A stretch of 63,117 nt of DNA, filler included, from Sphacelaria rigidula (Eukaryota), in the NCBI GenBank assembly GCA_964200075.2. It is 9 parts of 9 records of this genome, joined end to end, with 100 filler letters (N's around TTAATTAATTAA, not from the genome) between each part and the next. Parts side by side here need not be neighbours in the genome. Positions count along the whole stretch, not along the records: positions 42,148 to 49,071 come from CAXNAA020017379.1; positions 49,172 to 56,094 come from CAXNAA020017380.1; positions 56,195 to 63,117 come from CAXNAA020017381.1; 6 more parts are not named here. One strand, given 5' to 3'. The notes beneath the pieces are model-generated. The model saw only the letters and a list, made by a program, of their open reading frames with translations, ran no database searches and was not told where the DNA came from. Positions within the stretch are counted from its first letter, which is position 1. Every line of letters starts with the position of its first letter. The position numbers and the translations under genes were made by a program. Positions 48,921 to 63,024 of this stretch are shown here, piece after piece.

Positions 48921-51900
48921 AGGCCGCTTCCTATAATAGACAAAAATAAAACCCCGGAAAAATGTCTCTTTGGAGCTTTTACGTCGCTTTACGTCCCAAA
49001 AGAGAGCTAGTCGGAATTTGACACCTTGGAATGACTTGCTCTACTAGATGAGGCGGTTCCAGGACATCTTCNNNNNNNNNNNNNNNNNNNNNNNNNNNNN
49101 NNNNNNNNNNNNNNNTTAATTAATTAANNNNNNNNNNNNNNNNNNNNNNNNNNNNNNNNNNNNNNNNNNNNCGCGCGGGCCGCAGCCCGCCCCGCACCCA
49201 GGGCGGCGGTCGTTGCTTGTTCTTTTTTTTGGGGGTGTTTGGGGTTTGTGGGGGGGGGGGGGGGGGGGGGGCGTACTCATTTGTTGCTTGCCTTAGTCGT
49301 TTGACCAATGACCACGCATCCCTTTCGAGACGGAGCATATCGGGGGGGGGAGGAGTAGATAGGTGTGCGGGATACCTTTCTTCGTCTACCCTTGAATATG
49401 TGGCACTATTTAAGCGAAGAACGCCGCTGGAGAACATCGCAGGTAGCTGCGGGTCAGGAGAATCTTACCTGATCCAAGGTCACAGTCGAACACAATATTC
49501 CCTCTCAATCACACAGTGTGGACCGTGCGTTCATTGGTGAAAATTGTTGCGCCAGGGGGTTTCGTCGTGTACGGATGCTCAGCAAGAAATACTACTGAGA
49601 AAGCAGTGCTCTGCACTGATTGTGCACGGTTCGTTCACATGTAGTACTCCTATAGCACCCGAGGACCCTTGTTTCGAATGCGCCGCCCGCACCACTACCT
49701 AGGCTAAAAGCCTTCACGACTCGCAAGCGAACAAAATTTTCGGCTGCCTCGTATGCCCGCGCTGGATTTGAAGAGGAGTGAATAGCTTCCTCCACCAGTC
49801 GACCCCCCCTTGAGCTCGTCCGAGGGGGATTTGATACATCTTTTGCTTGTCTCACGTCCAATACCACCCCCTCTCACTGCTTTCTCTCTGGCTCTACTCC
49901 ATGACTTCGCCCCTCTCTTCATTCTCCTCTTTTTGAGTACTGTACTCTTCTGTGTGGCCTTCACACGCCCGGTCATTGTTGGCCTCACTACTATCCTCAG
50001 CGCTATGTGCATTCGGCCCCTTGACTTCCCCAGCCCCCGTCTCAGGTTGCCGTTGCACGTTCCACGGGTATCCCAACTGCTTTCCCGCCGTCTTGTCGTG
50101 TCCCATTTTGCGCGGTCTCCCCATCCCTCCTCCAGGTTTCCGCTTCGGAGACGTTTCGAAGGCCACGAGTAGGAAGTCCTTTTCGTCCTTCGGCACTTGT
50201 GCACTCCTTGGCAAAGGACTTTACCGTGTCATTGCTGACAAGTAGGGTGGGCCTGTTTCTGTATTGACTTTCACGTGCGGTTCAGGAGTTCGTGCGGATG
50301 CCAGGGTTGGTGTCAACGCGCCGCGGGTGCGAGAAGAGTAAGTGGGTCGCGCGAGTCTGTGGTTTCGCCTTGCTTGAGCATGAGCAGATAGTGGCTAGCT
50401 TGAGCGGCGTGAACCGGACTATCTGTGACATATGCGTACACATCTCTATACGCTATGAACTGCGCCTCGTGGTTTCTAATGCACTAGCGGCGACGAAGCA
50501 AGAACGACATTATTTAGTTTATCACGGGTGATGTACTATGATATTACGGTACTAGCAGTGTTAGGATTGCAGATATGCATGACGGAATTTCTAGCCGGTT
50601 TCGCGGAATAATTACTGTTCACTAGTCGCCGCTGGTATTGTGAGGAGTTATTTTGTATTTCGAGAGTTTGCTAGCTTGATGCGTTGTGCTTCGTGGTCGA
50701 TGCATAGCACACAGACTACGACACTAGCCTTGCCTCTGTATACCCTCGCCTACCCACTCTTCCTCCCCGGTAGACTGACTGTGTCGTCTTCTGCAGAGAG
50801 TGCAAGGGCAAGGAGTGCCTCAGGAGGTTGCTGTTCGGGTCCTCTTGCTCCACCGACACCAACCAATCGGACGTCGGAGGTGAGGACTAGGCATCCAGGG
50901 TGACCAGGGTCGCGGCTGATGACTGGGTCGGCGGGGGTAGAAAGGATTCTGTACAAGATCGATATCGAGTGCGTCGACCCGTTCATCGCCCTCGATCTGC
51001 CGGAGACTGCACGGATGTGTTTTATGCGCGGGGAGTTCATGCGCTCGCTCTCGACCCCGCCCACCCTCCACGGCCGATGATTCCTCGTTGTATGTGGTAT
51101 CACCTCCAGAACGTCCACGAAGGAGTGGAATAGGTCACGGCACTGGCGTGTACGGGAACACTAGAAGCTTCACAAACGGCAGTCTACTGGAAGTTTTCAG
51201 AAGGAAGCCCGAAGCAAGGAACACTCGCCGGTGGGTGTTCGCGAGCATCGCCCTGTTTCGTTTCGTTACGTTTCGCGTGTCGAACTGCGCAACGTTGTTC
51301 GATTTCGTGATGATTTGCGACTAAGCTGCTTCCTTTTTTGGGCAAAACGCGCTCCAGGTGGCCGCGGGGGGGCGAGTGAAGAGCATAAGCTCGGGGTGCC
51401 ACGGTGCCGCGAGTCGGCGCGGCAAGTCAGAGAAAAGGCAGACGTGGTGTCGGCTGGTGCTGATACCACAGGCGCACAGCATGCCGGGTAAGAAGTTGCA
51501 TTGAGCGAGGAGCGGAAGCTGTTGCGGCACGCTCGCAAACGGGTGCGCACAGGCTTCGGCAGCCACGACGCTTTCAAGGGCAAGCTGTCGGGTGCTGGTG
51601 AAGGTATGCTGCACCTGGCCGAGCAGTTGGTGGTTGGTCAGCACCTCATCGACAGGAAGAAGGGGGAACTGTCCGCTGCGAAGGCGGACATAATGTCCCT
51701 TGAAAACGACATGGCCCGCCTAGAGCGGACAAATCTCGAAATCCGCGACGGAATCTCGACCTCCACAACGAATACCTGGATTTGGAGGCGAAATCCTACG
51801 AGCTTCGCGACCGGTGGGAAGTAGGTAGGTTCCTGCGGTACTGCTTGTCGCTGCGCACATTCAAGGCCTGTAATGGTGTATGAACGGTGTCCTGAAACAA

Positions 51901-53014
51901 AGTCCAACCACAGTTGTGGGCGCGCCTGACCCCCCAAAATGAGCCCAAAAAGTGTCACCGACCAAAAAAAGCACGTAGAGACCGGATATCTCGTTCATCC
52001 TCTGACTATGCACCCCGTAAGATCCCTCAAAGTACTTTTGATTTGGGTAGGGTTTCCATTCCACGCTTTAGAAGTTTTCTTGTTCCGGAGGACGAACCAC
52101 GGCGTGGCTCGGCTACTCACCGGCGTATATTTGTCCAAGCTACAATCGTACCAGTTGGTTTTACCTAAGACGTTACGGTGATCGAGAAAATCGAGAAAAA
52201 AACATGTATTTTCACTTAATTCGTTATAAAACTCCCATCCTGATGAAGTGAAAAAATTCAACCCGTACAGCTGTAGCTGTCGTCTTGGCGCAGATGATGC
52301 AAAAAGTCGCATTCCAAGCGATGGCCGTGGCGATGAGTATTCTCTGAGGCAAATTGGACTGTGATCGCAAACACGCACCCCCAACCCTCGCCGGTCTCCA
52401 CAAAACGCGAAAACCTCACCCCTGTCTAACGGCCTCGGAATAGATGACACCCATGAATGACTCTCGATAGTGCAGATGGTTGATACATCGGATATGTGGA
52501 ATGTTGCAGAATTGGAACCTTCGACCGAGCCCCCAGAAGCAAGAGTCATCTTCGCGACCTCGCAGCAGCGGAGAGAACAAATTATAACACTGGCCCTAAC
52601 GAAGGCATACCGAGAACCATCAGGCAAGGTGGGGTGCAACGTGTTTCGTAGGCGAAGGGTGCGTTGCCAGACCTCGAATCGGCACCCCAGGCGCCGATTT
52701 AGACAAGAACGCATTCTGGGACGCTAGGAGAATGCTAGGAGCACAACCCCCATGAAAGATCCGGATTTCGGTTTTCACACCAAGATCAAGATTGACCGAC
52801 TCACGCTCCTGAATGGGAAAGTATACTGCGCCAAGACGACACAAAGTCGTCGGCCCACTTTCGCTGAAGCCTCATGGCACCGAAGCCCCAATCATGTCTT
52901 TCAGTGGACCCACCCGTCCTAAGACACGCATCTGTTGTATCGGCAATGGTGAGTGACGGACGACCGTTTGTTTTCAATCCCTCTTGCAAAATAACATATT
53001 TGGAGTCCGATGAA

Positions 53015-53113
53015 CCCCTAGGCCGCGAGGGTAGTCCATCTGGACCATGCATAATTTTTTCAAGTAAAAAACGATGCCGATTCAGCACGTGACCAACCGT
53101 CGCGGTCAAAGGG
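53015..53113 (+). mobile_element. Full-length family C MITE (99 bp)
   Basis: TGAA|CCCCTAGGCCGCGAGGGTAGTCCATCTGG ... CGCGGTCAAAGGG|TTAA. Confidence 0.75.
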
Positions 53114-54730
53114 TTAATACTACATTCATGAAATGAAAAGCCATGCCCACGGGACAACAAATGTACTTGCACAGGGCGAGTCGTTCATGCGACAAAAGCT
53201 GTGGAATGATGGCAGCCGACAAATCAAGTTCCTCAAAACATGACGAGGTTGTGGACCAACACCCACCCAGTCCACATTACACACCCGGTGACTAATTGCA
53301 CTCCACTCGTCTGTATAAGGGCCGTCCCCGTTGAAGTTCATCAGTACATATGGCTCATTTTGGCCCAATTTCGATCCGCATCCCCTCCCAATAATGCTTC
53401 AGCTTGCTGGTTTCAGTTACCGGCGGTGGGCTACAAATGTTCAGGGTTGATATTACTTGATTCGAGTGTCACGACGAGAATCGGAATTTTAGTAGTGCCG
53501 ACGGTCCCGTGTGCTCCTCGGGTGCGCACAACGCGTTTTCGTTGAAATCGGCGCCACAGAAGCCGATTTGGGGTCTACCAAGGCCCCACTTTCTTCAGGG
53601 AATGTATGTACCGCCCTTGCACGAGTGTTCTTAGTGTGCATTGGGTTGGTTCAATCCAATCAGCCTCCTTGCATGCCAGGGTATCGCAAGCGCGGACGAA
53701 TGGCGACGCAGTGGCATGTAATATATGAGGAACAGCGGAAATAACGGTAGGATTCTGATTTTAGACGGCAGTCCATTTTTTTTTCAGTATGAATTTTGGA
53801 TCCATGGCGTTCTCTGCCGATGACGTAAGGCGCATTTTACTCCACGAGCCTGGATAAGCCCCAGAAGTCGGTCTATTCGTGTCTGTCCGTGACATTGGTC
53901 GGTGACACTTTTTTTGCCCATTTTGGGGGGTCAGGCGCGCCCATAACAGTGCAACGCTTATGTTCGGCTTGAAATTCAATGGCGGAACGACGGGAGTGCC
54001 CCTTAAGGGGTCGTATTCCATTGAGAGAAATTGCTTGCAATGGGGGAAAGTCTTGCCGGTGTCTGAGGCCATTCGTTGCGTTTTTATATCGAGATATCTG
54101 CGGAAGTTTATTGGTGATGAGGCAGACAAGGTGGAGCCCAGCACGTAATATTTAGTCGTGTTCTTGAGGTGGCTATCACATCCCATCACCATCTGTTGTC
54201 GTCAAAACGTGTCAGCATTCCTTCGCCATTTTCGGAACGTGTTCGTATCGATCGAAACCAGCTTTGGTGTTTGCTTCTCAAGTTCAACTCTCCCACCCCG
54301 CTGCTGCACATCAGTAACCCCCCCTTCCCTTCTTTCATCCAGTTGGAGGGGCGTGTGTTCGTCACCAGCAGCTGCTGTGGTTGTGCCAGCAAATAATTGC
54401 GTCTCTCTCTGCTTTCCGCCTGCCCGTATTCTTGTCCCTGAATCCTGTAGGCACTATATCAGATTGGCTTCCTGGTTGTCGAGCAGGTAGTAGGAATCGC
54501 CCTTGTCGTGGCATGTCAACCCCACGCTCCGTGCATGAGTGTTGTTGGCGTGGGAGCGCACCTTGTCGCTGCTCCTGCGCGCTCGACATGGCGTTGCTCG
54601 CGGCGGTCGAGCGCTCATGCCCTTCATCCCGCGTGAGCGGGTTAGGGCGCCGCTCGTGGCCCGTGCCTGTCGGGTGGCGCAACAATAGCTTGGCAAAATG
54701 GGGCTCATCTTGCCCCCTGGCCGTTTCATA

Positions 54731-55294
54731 GGGCGCTTGATGAACGAGAGCTTGTGGACTACCGACGAGTTGATCTCCGCCGCGGTAACATCGGCGTACT
54801 CTCTCAGTCCGCAAAACGTGGTCGCCATCACCCCGCCGGTCGATGACGTGGTATTCGCGTATCGTATCGTGTGGAATGCTGAGTTTTTTGGGTGGAACGA
54901 CCTGGGTTGGTCGGCGATGCTTGCGTGGCACCTTGCGCTGACGTTACCCCTCGCCTATGTGACCATCATGACCACGTACACCATGTGTGCTCCGCCCGGC
55001 CTTGCGGGTCCGACACGTATCGTGCAAAAGCTGGACGCTTCGGGTGTGATGGGTTTAGCCGTAGGCTGGTTGGTACTGGTGATCGTCACCACGATCGTCA
55101 TCGGGTTGGTTTACTGCGGTGAGGGTACCATCGGTGTGGTGGGGCAGTCATGGCGTTTCATCCACATCGTGTCTTTAAAAGACGGCCCTTCCGAACACCG
55201 ATGGGCTGCTGCGCTGGAGGCGATGCCTCTTACGAGCGGATCCAGTGCCATGGTGTTTTTCCTGGAGCTTCTCGTCGAAACGTGCACCTTATAG
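54731..55294 (+). CDS. Possible exon or pseudogene of a membrane protein
   Basis: Open frame with hydrophobic stretches (MLAWHLALTLPLAYVTIM; LAVGWLVLVIVTTIVIGLV); no family recognised. Confidence 0.3.
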   Translation, partial: GRLMNESLWTTDELISAAVTSAYSLSPQNVVAITPPVDDVVFAYRIVWNAEFFGWNDLGWSAMLAWHLALTLPLAYVTIMTTYTMCAPPGLAGPTRIVQKLDASGVMGLAVGWLVLVIVTTIVIGLVYCGEGTIGVVGQSWRFIHIVSLKDGPSEHRWAAALEAMPLTSGSSAMVFFLELLVETCTL

Positions 55295-56194
55295 GCCCGC
55301 ATCGCCTGGCGGCCATCTGTCGTGCGGGCGTGGACCCTGCGCATGAGAACAAGCTCACAAGTCGCAACCCCGAGTTAGAGAAGGCAGGGTGTCCCTGAAT
55401 GGGAGGTGAGAGCTGGGAGCGATTGCCATAGCTCATCACGGTTCTCTGAACCACCCTGTGGAGTTTTTCTTGGTTTTCGCTCAGACTTGTTCATTTTTGC
55501 GCCTTTGTTGTGCCAGGATTATTCGCGTGAACGCGATCGGATACCACCGCATATACATATCTGTGCTCTCATTATGGGGACTGAGCTTCGTCGCATCTCA
55601 TACCGCTTGCTTTTTCTACAGAGACACGGCACGCTTGCTTATTTCCGTTCACAGCGATGAAGGTGCCCCAGGTTTTACCTGGGCACAGACAGTACGTGTC
55701 TTTTGTGCTTGGGCACACCATCATTGGTAGAATGACCTGCCGGTCGACAACGGTTTCACGGGCTGCCTGCCATCCCCACCCCGCCCCTCGAATGATGGTT
55801 ACACTAGAAGACAGATGGTGGCCACAGACGAAGAAACACGACGGGGATAATATATGTAAAAGGTTCTGTGTAATGTATGAAAGAAACGTAATGAGCACCT
55901 ACATGTTGAAGGTGCCTCCCGAAGGAGTAGGAACGGTGCTCCGTCTCGCAAGTGATACGTGGTCAATGGTCAAACGACAAAGACGAGCAACGAATGAGTA
56001 CGCTCCCCCCCCATAAGTGCTAACCTTATACGGTGAAAATGGCCTCCCTGAAGGAAAGTAACCAGTACAGCAGCGGGGCAAGAAGATAGAAGATNNNNNN
56101 NNNNNNNNNNNNNNNNNNNNNNNNNNNNNNNNNNNNNNTTAATTAATTAANNNNNNNNNNNNNNNNNNNNNNNNNNNNNNNNNNNNNNNNNNNN

Positions 56195-58068
56195 AACGGC
56201 TGCGATCCCACTATTGGGCTCGTTTCTAGCAACTTCGCCCACATGAGAGGCGTGGAGCAGTTCGAAATCAGCTATCACGCCCAAACAAGTCGCGTCTTGC
56301 AACACGAAATCAGCTTTAACGGCATTTATGATCATCGCCTCCGTGCACTTTTTTGGCCGGTTCGGGGGGGGGCTATCTCGGCAGCAGTCTGCTGTGAACC
56401 ACCGCATCGTCGAGGTACATGCGGCATTTGGACAGTCCATCAATGACGCGAAATATCACACGTTGAAACGCTCCTGGGGCGCCGGCGGCACCTTGTGGAG
56501 TGACCAGCTACTCATATAGACCTGACGGGGTGCAAAACGCCGTCAGCTCGATAGAGTGCGGATCCATCACCACTTGGTGGTAACCGGACTGCATGCCGAA
56601 GTTCGAAAAAACTTTGCCCCCGCCGAGGGAGTCGATGATTTCATCTATCCGAGGAAGAGGCAGACGTGCGATTTTGGTGACTGCGTTCAATCGTTGATAA
56701 TTGACAGTCAGTCGGATCTTACCATTCTCCTTCCGGACGACTACCAAACGTGAGGCCCACGGAGACGTTGAGTGCCGTATTAACCCGGCGGACAAGTACT
56801 CGTTGAGAATTACTTGAATTTTACCCGCTAGAAGAGGGTTTGTACGGTACGGACGCATGGCGATAGGTGTCGTACCATCAGGAATGTTGATTTTGAACGG
56901 TATAGTGTTGCAGCGGCCTAAATCTGTTGGCGATTTGGAAAACCGTTCAGAGTATCGTATGAAGATGGAGCGCAACCAATCAATTAACGTGGGTGTCCAA
57001 CCCTCACCAGATAAATCAAACGCAATGTGTCTCAGATGGGGGGGAATTTCATCCCATAATCGTTGGAAAACTAACCCGTTGCTCTGGCGAGAATGTATCT
57101 AGTAAGGCAGTCGGAGGGTTTGTGTCAGGCATATCAGTCGATTTGTCTACAACCATGGGATCAGTCTTGTCGAACGAAGTGGAACCGTTTGTCTCTGAGC
57201 TGTCTGATGATGTTTGCGGTGGCACCTTCAGACATACATTCGACAAGGCTGCCCGTAGGAGGGGCGCTTGAGCAAAACCCAACAACTGACCAGGGAGGAC
57301 ATCGAGACATGCAGAGGACGTGAGGGGAATGGATTGCCGACCCTCATGGGCAAATACATCGGTCTGATCAAAGGGGGGAATACTGTCTGGGGTTTGGTGG
57401 GGATTGGTTAAGTCGACCAAGTACTGTCCAGTGAGGGCGGGGGATCCGTTCCGTCTCACAAGATTCACATGGATGTGTTGAGGTTCACGGGACAGAGAGA
57501 CGACGTGGTCTCCAACATAATACAGTCGAAATGCATCACCTGTTTGTGTTGGGTCATCGACATAGGCCTGAGCCCCTGGATCAGCGTCATGATGTCCCCA
57601 TTTCGATTTGCCTGTCAGTGGTCGGTTCAAAACAGGTGAGTTTGTCGTGTATGTATGTGTAGAAAAACGTAACCAGCTATCACGTCCCAAGAGAACATCA
57701 ACCGACATGGAACCATCGAGCACAATGAGTGCCCACACAGCTGATCGTGCAGTGGGACCCGTGTCATCGAGGAATTGCACACTGAGTCGTACTGATTGAT
57801 AAACCGTAGGGGGAGCGGAGGCACCAAATCCGCCAAAAACACGAGGCGGAACAGAAGAAAGGCAATGTTTATCTGCTGCTCCAGCGTTCATCATGTGTTG
57901 CCAGAAGCTGGCTGTGATGAAAGTTTGTGGCGAGCCAGTGTCGGGCAGGGCAACGACCATCAAAGGGCGTGTTGCATGCACTCCACTATGTATACCTATT
58001 CGGGCTGTGAAGGAGGCGTCATCCATGAGTGCAGTTCCACTTACCAAGTCGGGTCCGTATTCCGACAA
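56195..58068 (-). mobile_element. Ty3/gypsy retrotransposon pol remnant (protease + RT), truncated by the contig start
   Basis: Protease ALPDTGSPQTFI and VLLGRDSW; RT motifs RPYR, STSPWAS, RLTVNYQRLN, PLPRIDEIID, SGYHQV, TAFCTPSGLYE and MYLDD (~56406-56420). In-frame stop and frameshift present. Confidence 0.92.
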
Positions 58069-59367
58069 GTGTTCTGCAGCTACATCGCACTTGTGTTGTT
58101 GATCGATGGTACTAAAATAGACTCGAGATTGATCCTGCGGAACGAATGTCTTTCACGAAGGGCCGTCGTGGCACGGGGGGTTTTGCAGGGCATGTGGTGC
58201 AGTAGACGAAAGTTGGATTTCGTGCACAGTCAGGGATGGACGACGCCTAGGAAAGGAAGTGGATGTGGATGTTTGCAATAGTTGTTTGAAGCTATGAGAA
58301 ACAGGGGAGAAACAGTCCTGATCGGACTGCAATTTTGACGGCACAGCCGGGGTTTGTCCGGCACCATGAGATATACATGCAGGGCGTGGCGGGTTTACTT
58401 TCCCAAACGTTGTCAACGCAACTTTATTCTTCAACATAGTTTCCGAGGGGTCGGCAGGAAGCGGTGCTGATCCGTTCGGGATCTAGGAAACACCGACCTG
58501 TTCTACGACAAGGCCTTCATCGCTGTGCCCGGCACCCGGGCACCTTCTTGGTGGGCGGATGCAGCGGCAACTACAGGTTTATTTACAGTGTCATCCGGAA
58601 GAGCCTTCTCCTGGTGTCGCGTATAGCGCACTCTAGAGCCGGCTGTTCCAGGGGCTTTAGGAAGTTGGCAAGGTCAGTCCTTTCATGGCTACACGCGTGG
58701 CGCTTGGTCGGCACTGTCGCTTGGGGTTCCTTCCCAACCCGCTGAGCTACGGAAAGCAAGGGTTCGGCACTGGCGCGCGTAGTGCACGAAAAGTTACGCT
58801 CACCAAATAAAAGGGGACCGGGCACACGCGGAATTTCGCAGGTATGTGTTACCGGGTCCGGCTGGACTCCTGAGTCCTTCTCGGGGCTGGGGAGTCTCTG
58901 TAAATGTTTCATCATACGATGAACGGTCGAAGGGGTAACAGCTACCGCACCAGAAGATGTTCCTGCTTCTAAGGCGGTAGGCGCTCCGCTACACGACTAC
59001 CGATTCCGCGGGGCGATCGGATCCAACTGGCATTGATTACTACCACTCGGAAATACAAGTGGGTGGTCAGATCCAGTATGAAAACACTGGGGTTGGTCAT
59101 TGCGCATTTGGGAGTCATGCAATGTTGCATGGGACTGTGCTGTCATGGAACCTGTCATGACAGAACGATCAACGCTAGCGTACCCACACCACAAGCGAGA
59201 ACCCACGCTGGCCGACGAGGATTTTGTTAAGTGGTGATGGTGCACTGGCTGAGTGAAAGAAAATATATTGCCGCGGTTTGTTGTTGAAGGTTGCTGGGGC
59301 CCGACTGTGGACCTGTGGTCGACAATGGGGTTTGAAGTAGAAGGGTTACGCTTCGTCATGGGAGACG

Positions 59368-59643
59368 GCACAGTTGTTGAGGACTGAGCCGGAGCGAACA
59401 AAAATAAAAGAAACATAGTGGCAGGGTACTGTCGACAGTTTTCGATCGACATGTAGGTCCGCGCACTCCGCACATGTAGCGGTCTATCACCTTTTGGATT
59501 AGGTGCAGACGAAAGGCAATATATATATATACAAATGTCGAAGGCACACAACAAACCCATGTGTGTGTTCGAATAAATTGTAACAGCAAGAGACAAGAGA
59601 CAGCACAGTTGTTGAGGACTGAGGCGGAGCGAACAAAAATAAA
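59368..59643. repeat. ~45-bp direct repeat pair upstream of the gypsy pol
   Basis: GCACAGTTGTTGAGGACTGAG.CGGAGCGAACAAAAATAAA at ~59368 and ~59603. Confidence 0.75.
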
Positions 59644-62600
59644 CGAAGGTTGTCACAATCAACAGACATACAGTGTCTGCCACCAGCGCAACAGCGCATA
59701 AATAAACCTGCATGCCACGAAGGAATAGACGTGTCGGATGCAGCGAACAGCAACGTCAAACCGCTCAGTTCTATTTTGAGAACACGTTGAGGCTGAAAAA
59801 AAAGAAAAACTACCGGATGCCGTGTGTCTGGGGGAAATACCAGCGCAGCTGGCGATACTTGTTACAGTACCGCGTAGTTCGCTGAAAATCACCGAGTCGG
59901 GGGTCGATGACGTATCATCGTGCAAGTAAATAGTCAACAAATGTACAACCGCAACCGTAATACAAATATGTAGTGCAGTACAACAGCAGCGTACAAAGCC
60001 TAGACAGCAAAATGGACGGTGGCACACTACAGTACACATTATCTTTGCGTGGGGTAGCGGAGGGTCGGGTCAACGGTGTTGTACTGACGTCAATTCGTTC
60101 GTATTACACGAACAACACCCGACACCTGCTATATCCGCACCGTGTTCATATCTACAGTGCAATATAGATTATTTCGTTCAGATAGTGCAGCAGTAACAAC
60201 GTATGCACACCACGGTACCTCGCCGTCCGCAACATATTGCCCGCCGAGACCATTTGAACTCAGACGGTACTAGAGAGATGGTGTGAACGAGTTGTCCATA
60301 CTGGAGTCCACGAAATGGACTGGATTAACACAGGACCCTGGGAAGAGGGTGGTACTGTAGTGGTATCACGGATGTTTGGTTCACATACATAGTACAGGGT
60401 GGGGTCGGATAATGTACAGTCAACACAAAGATTGGGCAAAGCAAATGTGCTGCACGGCGAGCACATCTTGAGACAACCAGAGACGGTCAACATTAGCTAC
60501 TGGAGAATAAAAGGCGGACGGTACATGCGGCGGGGTGAGTGTAGCGAAAGGATGCACGCTGATACAGTGCCGGTGGTGGTAGAAAAGAGTTCCACGGTTA
60601 GGACAAATCATCACGACTCAAAATCACCAAATTCACGTTTTTTTCGGCCTGATTGCCCAAAAGGGAGGGAAAAGTTGATCGCTGGTCGAAGGGGTATCCA
60701 CGCCACTTTTGCGCCATTTCATGTGTCTGGGCTGCGTGTACCTGGTTTGCAACGCTGAAATGAAGCCTAGGGATTGATTCGTCATGAGTCGACTCATCAT
60801 AGTAAAACCAAGTAATTTCCAGACGAATCATTATTTGTCCGACCCTTGAAAGAGTTGGTAGCTGATAATGTACGGGCAGGTCATGTGGGGGAAGATGTAA
60901 TGGGGCAGGAGAGTCACGGTATGAATTGGACTCTACATGGTGACTCGCATCCGCTACAGAGTAGATGGGTATCATCACTGGGGCGGTTGCCACAGAGAGG
61001 CAGCTGGGACGAGCAGGTGAGGATGGTGGGGGGGCAAGTGCTATTGCTCGCGTACGTTCGTGTCGGAGTCGGCGCAGAGTGCGAGCGTCTAGTGTATCAG
61101 AGGCCCTTGAACTCATATCGCCAGGGATAGATAACAGAGCAACAGCAACAGACGGCTAGACGATGAACAAACAAAAGAGATGCGCATGCAAGGCACGCAG
61201 TGGTAGTATAGAATAAACGGCAGCTCGGCAGTCCGACCACAACGTAACTAAAAAACAAAGTACAGCAGAGGCAGTGCCGGAGCTCCAACTGTGATGTGAT
61301 AGGGGGGTGAAGCACCTTGAGAAGGGTGTCATGGTGTTCACCACGATTGTTCCAGGTTCAGACCTCAGTGTACGTTGTCTGTTTACTCGGCTCAGCAGCG
61401 CGGGCTGACCACTGTCGCTTTCATGTATTTCACACAAAGAGACAACAAGCAATTACAGACGAGAGTAGCACAGTTTTTGTTTCACACAATTGATTGTATC
61501 CGAGCTTCATCTACAGCTTCAGCTACAGAACACAAATACAACACAAACCGAAACAGGCCTAAGCCTTAATCAATAAAACACACCAGACAAAACAGCAGCC
61601 CGACTACTGCTCTTATCTCTGGGACTCACTTTCTCGGGTTTGTAGATGCTCCAATGGGGAACTGTTGAATCGCAGCCAAAAACCGGGAATGAAAAGAGAG
61701 TGACGGTCGTAGGGGCTGTTTTCAGCTTCAAACGTGTTTCGCCGCCCCCTAATCATCATCAACTGACGTCATACCATAAAATCCAAGAGCCGGGCTCCTC
61801 AACTCATGCCTTGGTTGGGTCACTACCTTTTTTGTCGAATTCAAATACATGCTCTCCGTAGACGTCAACTCAAGGGGGAGCCAATTCTCCGCTATTTGAA
61901 TATGAGAAAGTCCACCATTCAATGTCACCTTTGCCCAAGATCATGGCTACGTCCTACAGTCACATCATATCACACTAGGCTATTGCCGGAAATTCAGACC
62001 TTCTCCCATTTTCTTCTTTCGACGATAATGGAGGCCCTAAGTAAAGCGTGCGTTGCGGGGGCTCAAATAGACGCCTTTCGAAAGCTCAAATCGACGCCTT
62101 TGAGCCGATTGTGTACCAAACACACGTTCTGAACGACCTGGGTCTACTGCTCATCACTGCTCACCTGACCCAAATCATGGATTTCCTCAGAACCTTCTCC
62201 ATTCTGAAATCAAGTAAAATCGAGTACCAATCATCACATTGGAAAATACGGGTATATGACATGATGGGTGAAATGTGGCCAAAGGTGTGCGTTCGAAGTC
62301 GCACGTGACCTGTAACAACGTGAGATTGAGAGTAGAGCGCTGATTGAGAGTGGCTTTGGTCATTCGAAATAACTTGCCCGTTTTTTTATTCCGTGCGTGC
62401 TATTCTTTGCCTTCATCACTGGCTTGAGCTTATAGTTATACATCGATATCCTACTCAGGGATATTAAGGGCGTCAGTGGCATGCTACTACAGAAAGTATA
62501 TCGGGCCTCGCGGAGGGATATTTCGGAACTGAAACGATTTATTCATTCATTGACCACTTCTCACTCTCAATCGTATCCTCTACTCTCAATCCAACAAAAA

Positions 62601-62909
62601 CATTGTTCATCAGTTGTGTTTGTTTGTCCACGTCTCTTTATTTTTCTCGGAGGGCAATAAATACCTGCTCGATGGTCGCGGACAAGGCGATGACTCGCGC
62701 GTTTTTTCTCTGTTTATTCAACCCATGTGTATTATGTACATGTATCATTTTGCATTTTTCACCACTTTTGCCGAGTTTTCTCTGCCAACAAGTCATTTTT
62801 TCCTGCGTTTTCTTTTGCAGCGCACTGAGAAGGCATACGAAGTATATGTTATACTTTCGACTTGCGTCACCCCCGGGAGGCCCGTACCAACCTCCCGAAG
62901 GGGAACCTT

Positions 62910-63024
62910 GTAATATATATATATAATATAGTGTATACTGCCCCTTGATAATATATCATATATCATATGCAATATATAATATATAAAAATATTGTATATA
63001 ATATGTATAATATAGTATATATTA
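62910..63024. repeat. Degenerate (TA)-rich low-complexity tract
   Basis: Interrupted TA runs. Confidence 0.8.

Noticed and set aside
49560..51824. AT-hook-like (GRPRK) and coiled-coil ORF fragments
   Set aside because: Fragmentary, on opposite strands, with no consistent gene model.
6926..56194. Regularly spaced identical TTAATTAATTAA motifs that look like a giant periodic or CRISPR-like array
   Set aside because: They are embedded in N runs of fixed length and are an assembly linker with six-frame stops.
58100..61500. gag, PBS and 5' LTR of the gypsy element
   Set aside because: No recognisable gag motif, PBS or TG...CA boundary could be fixed without the second LTR.
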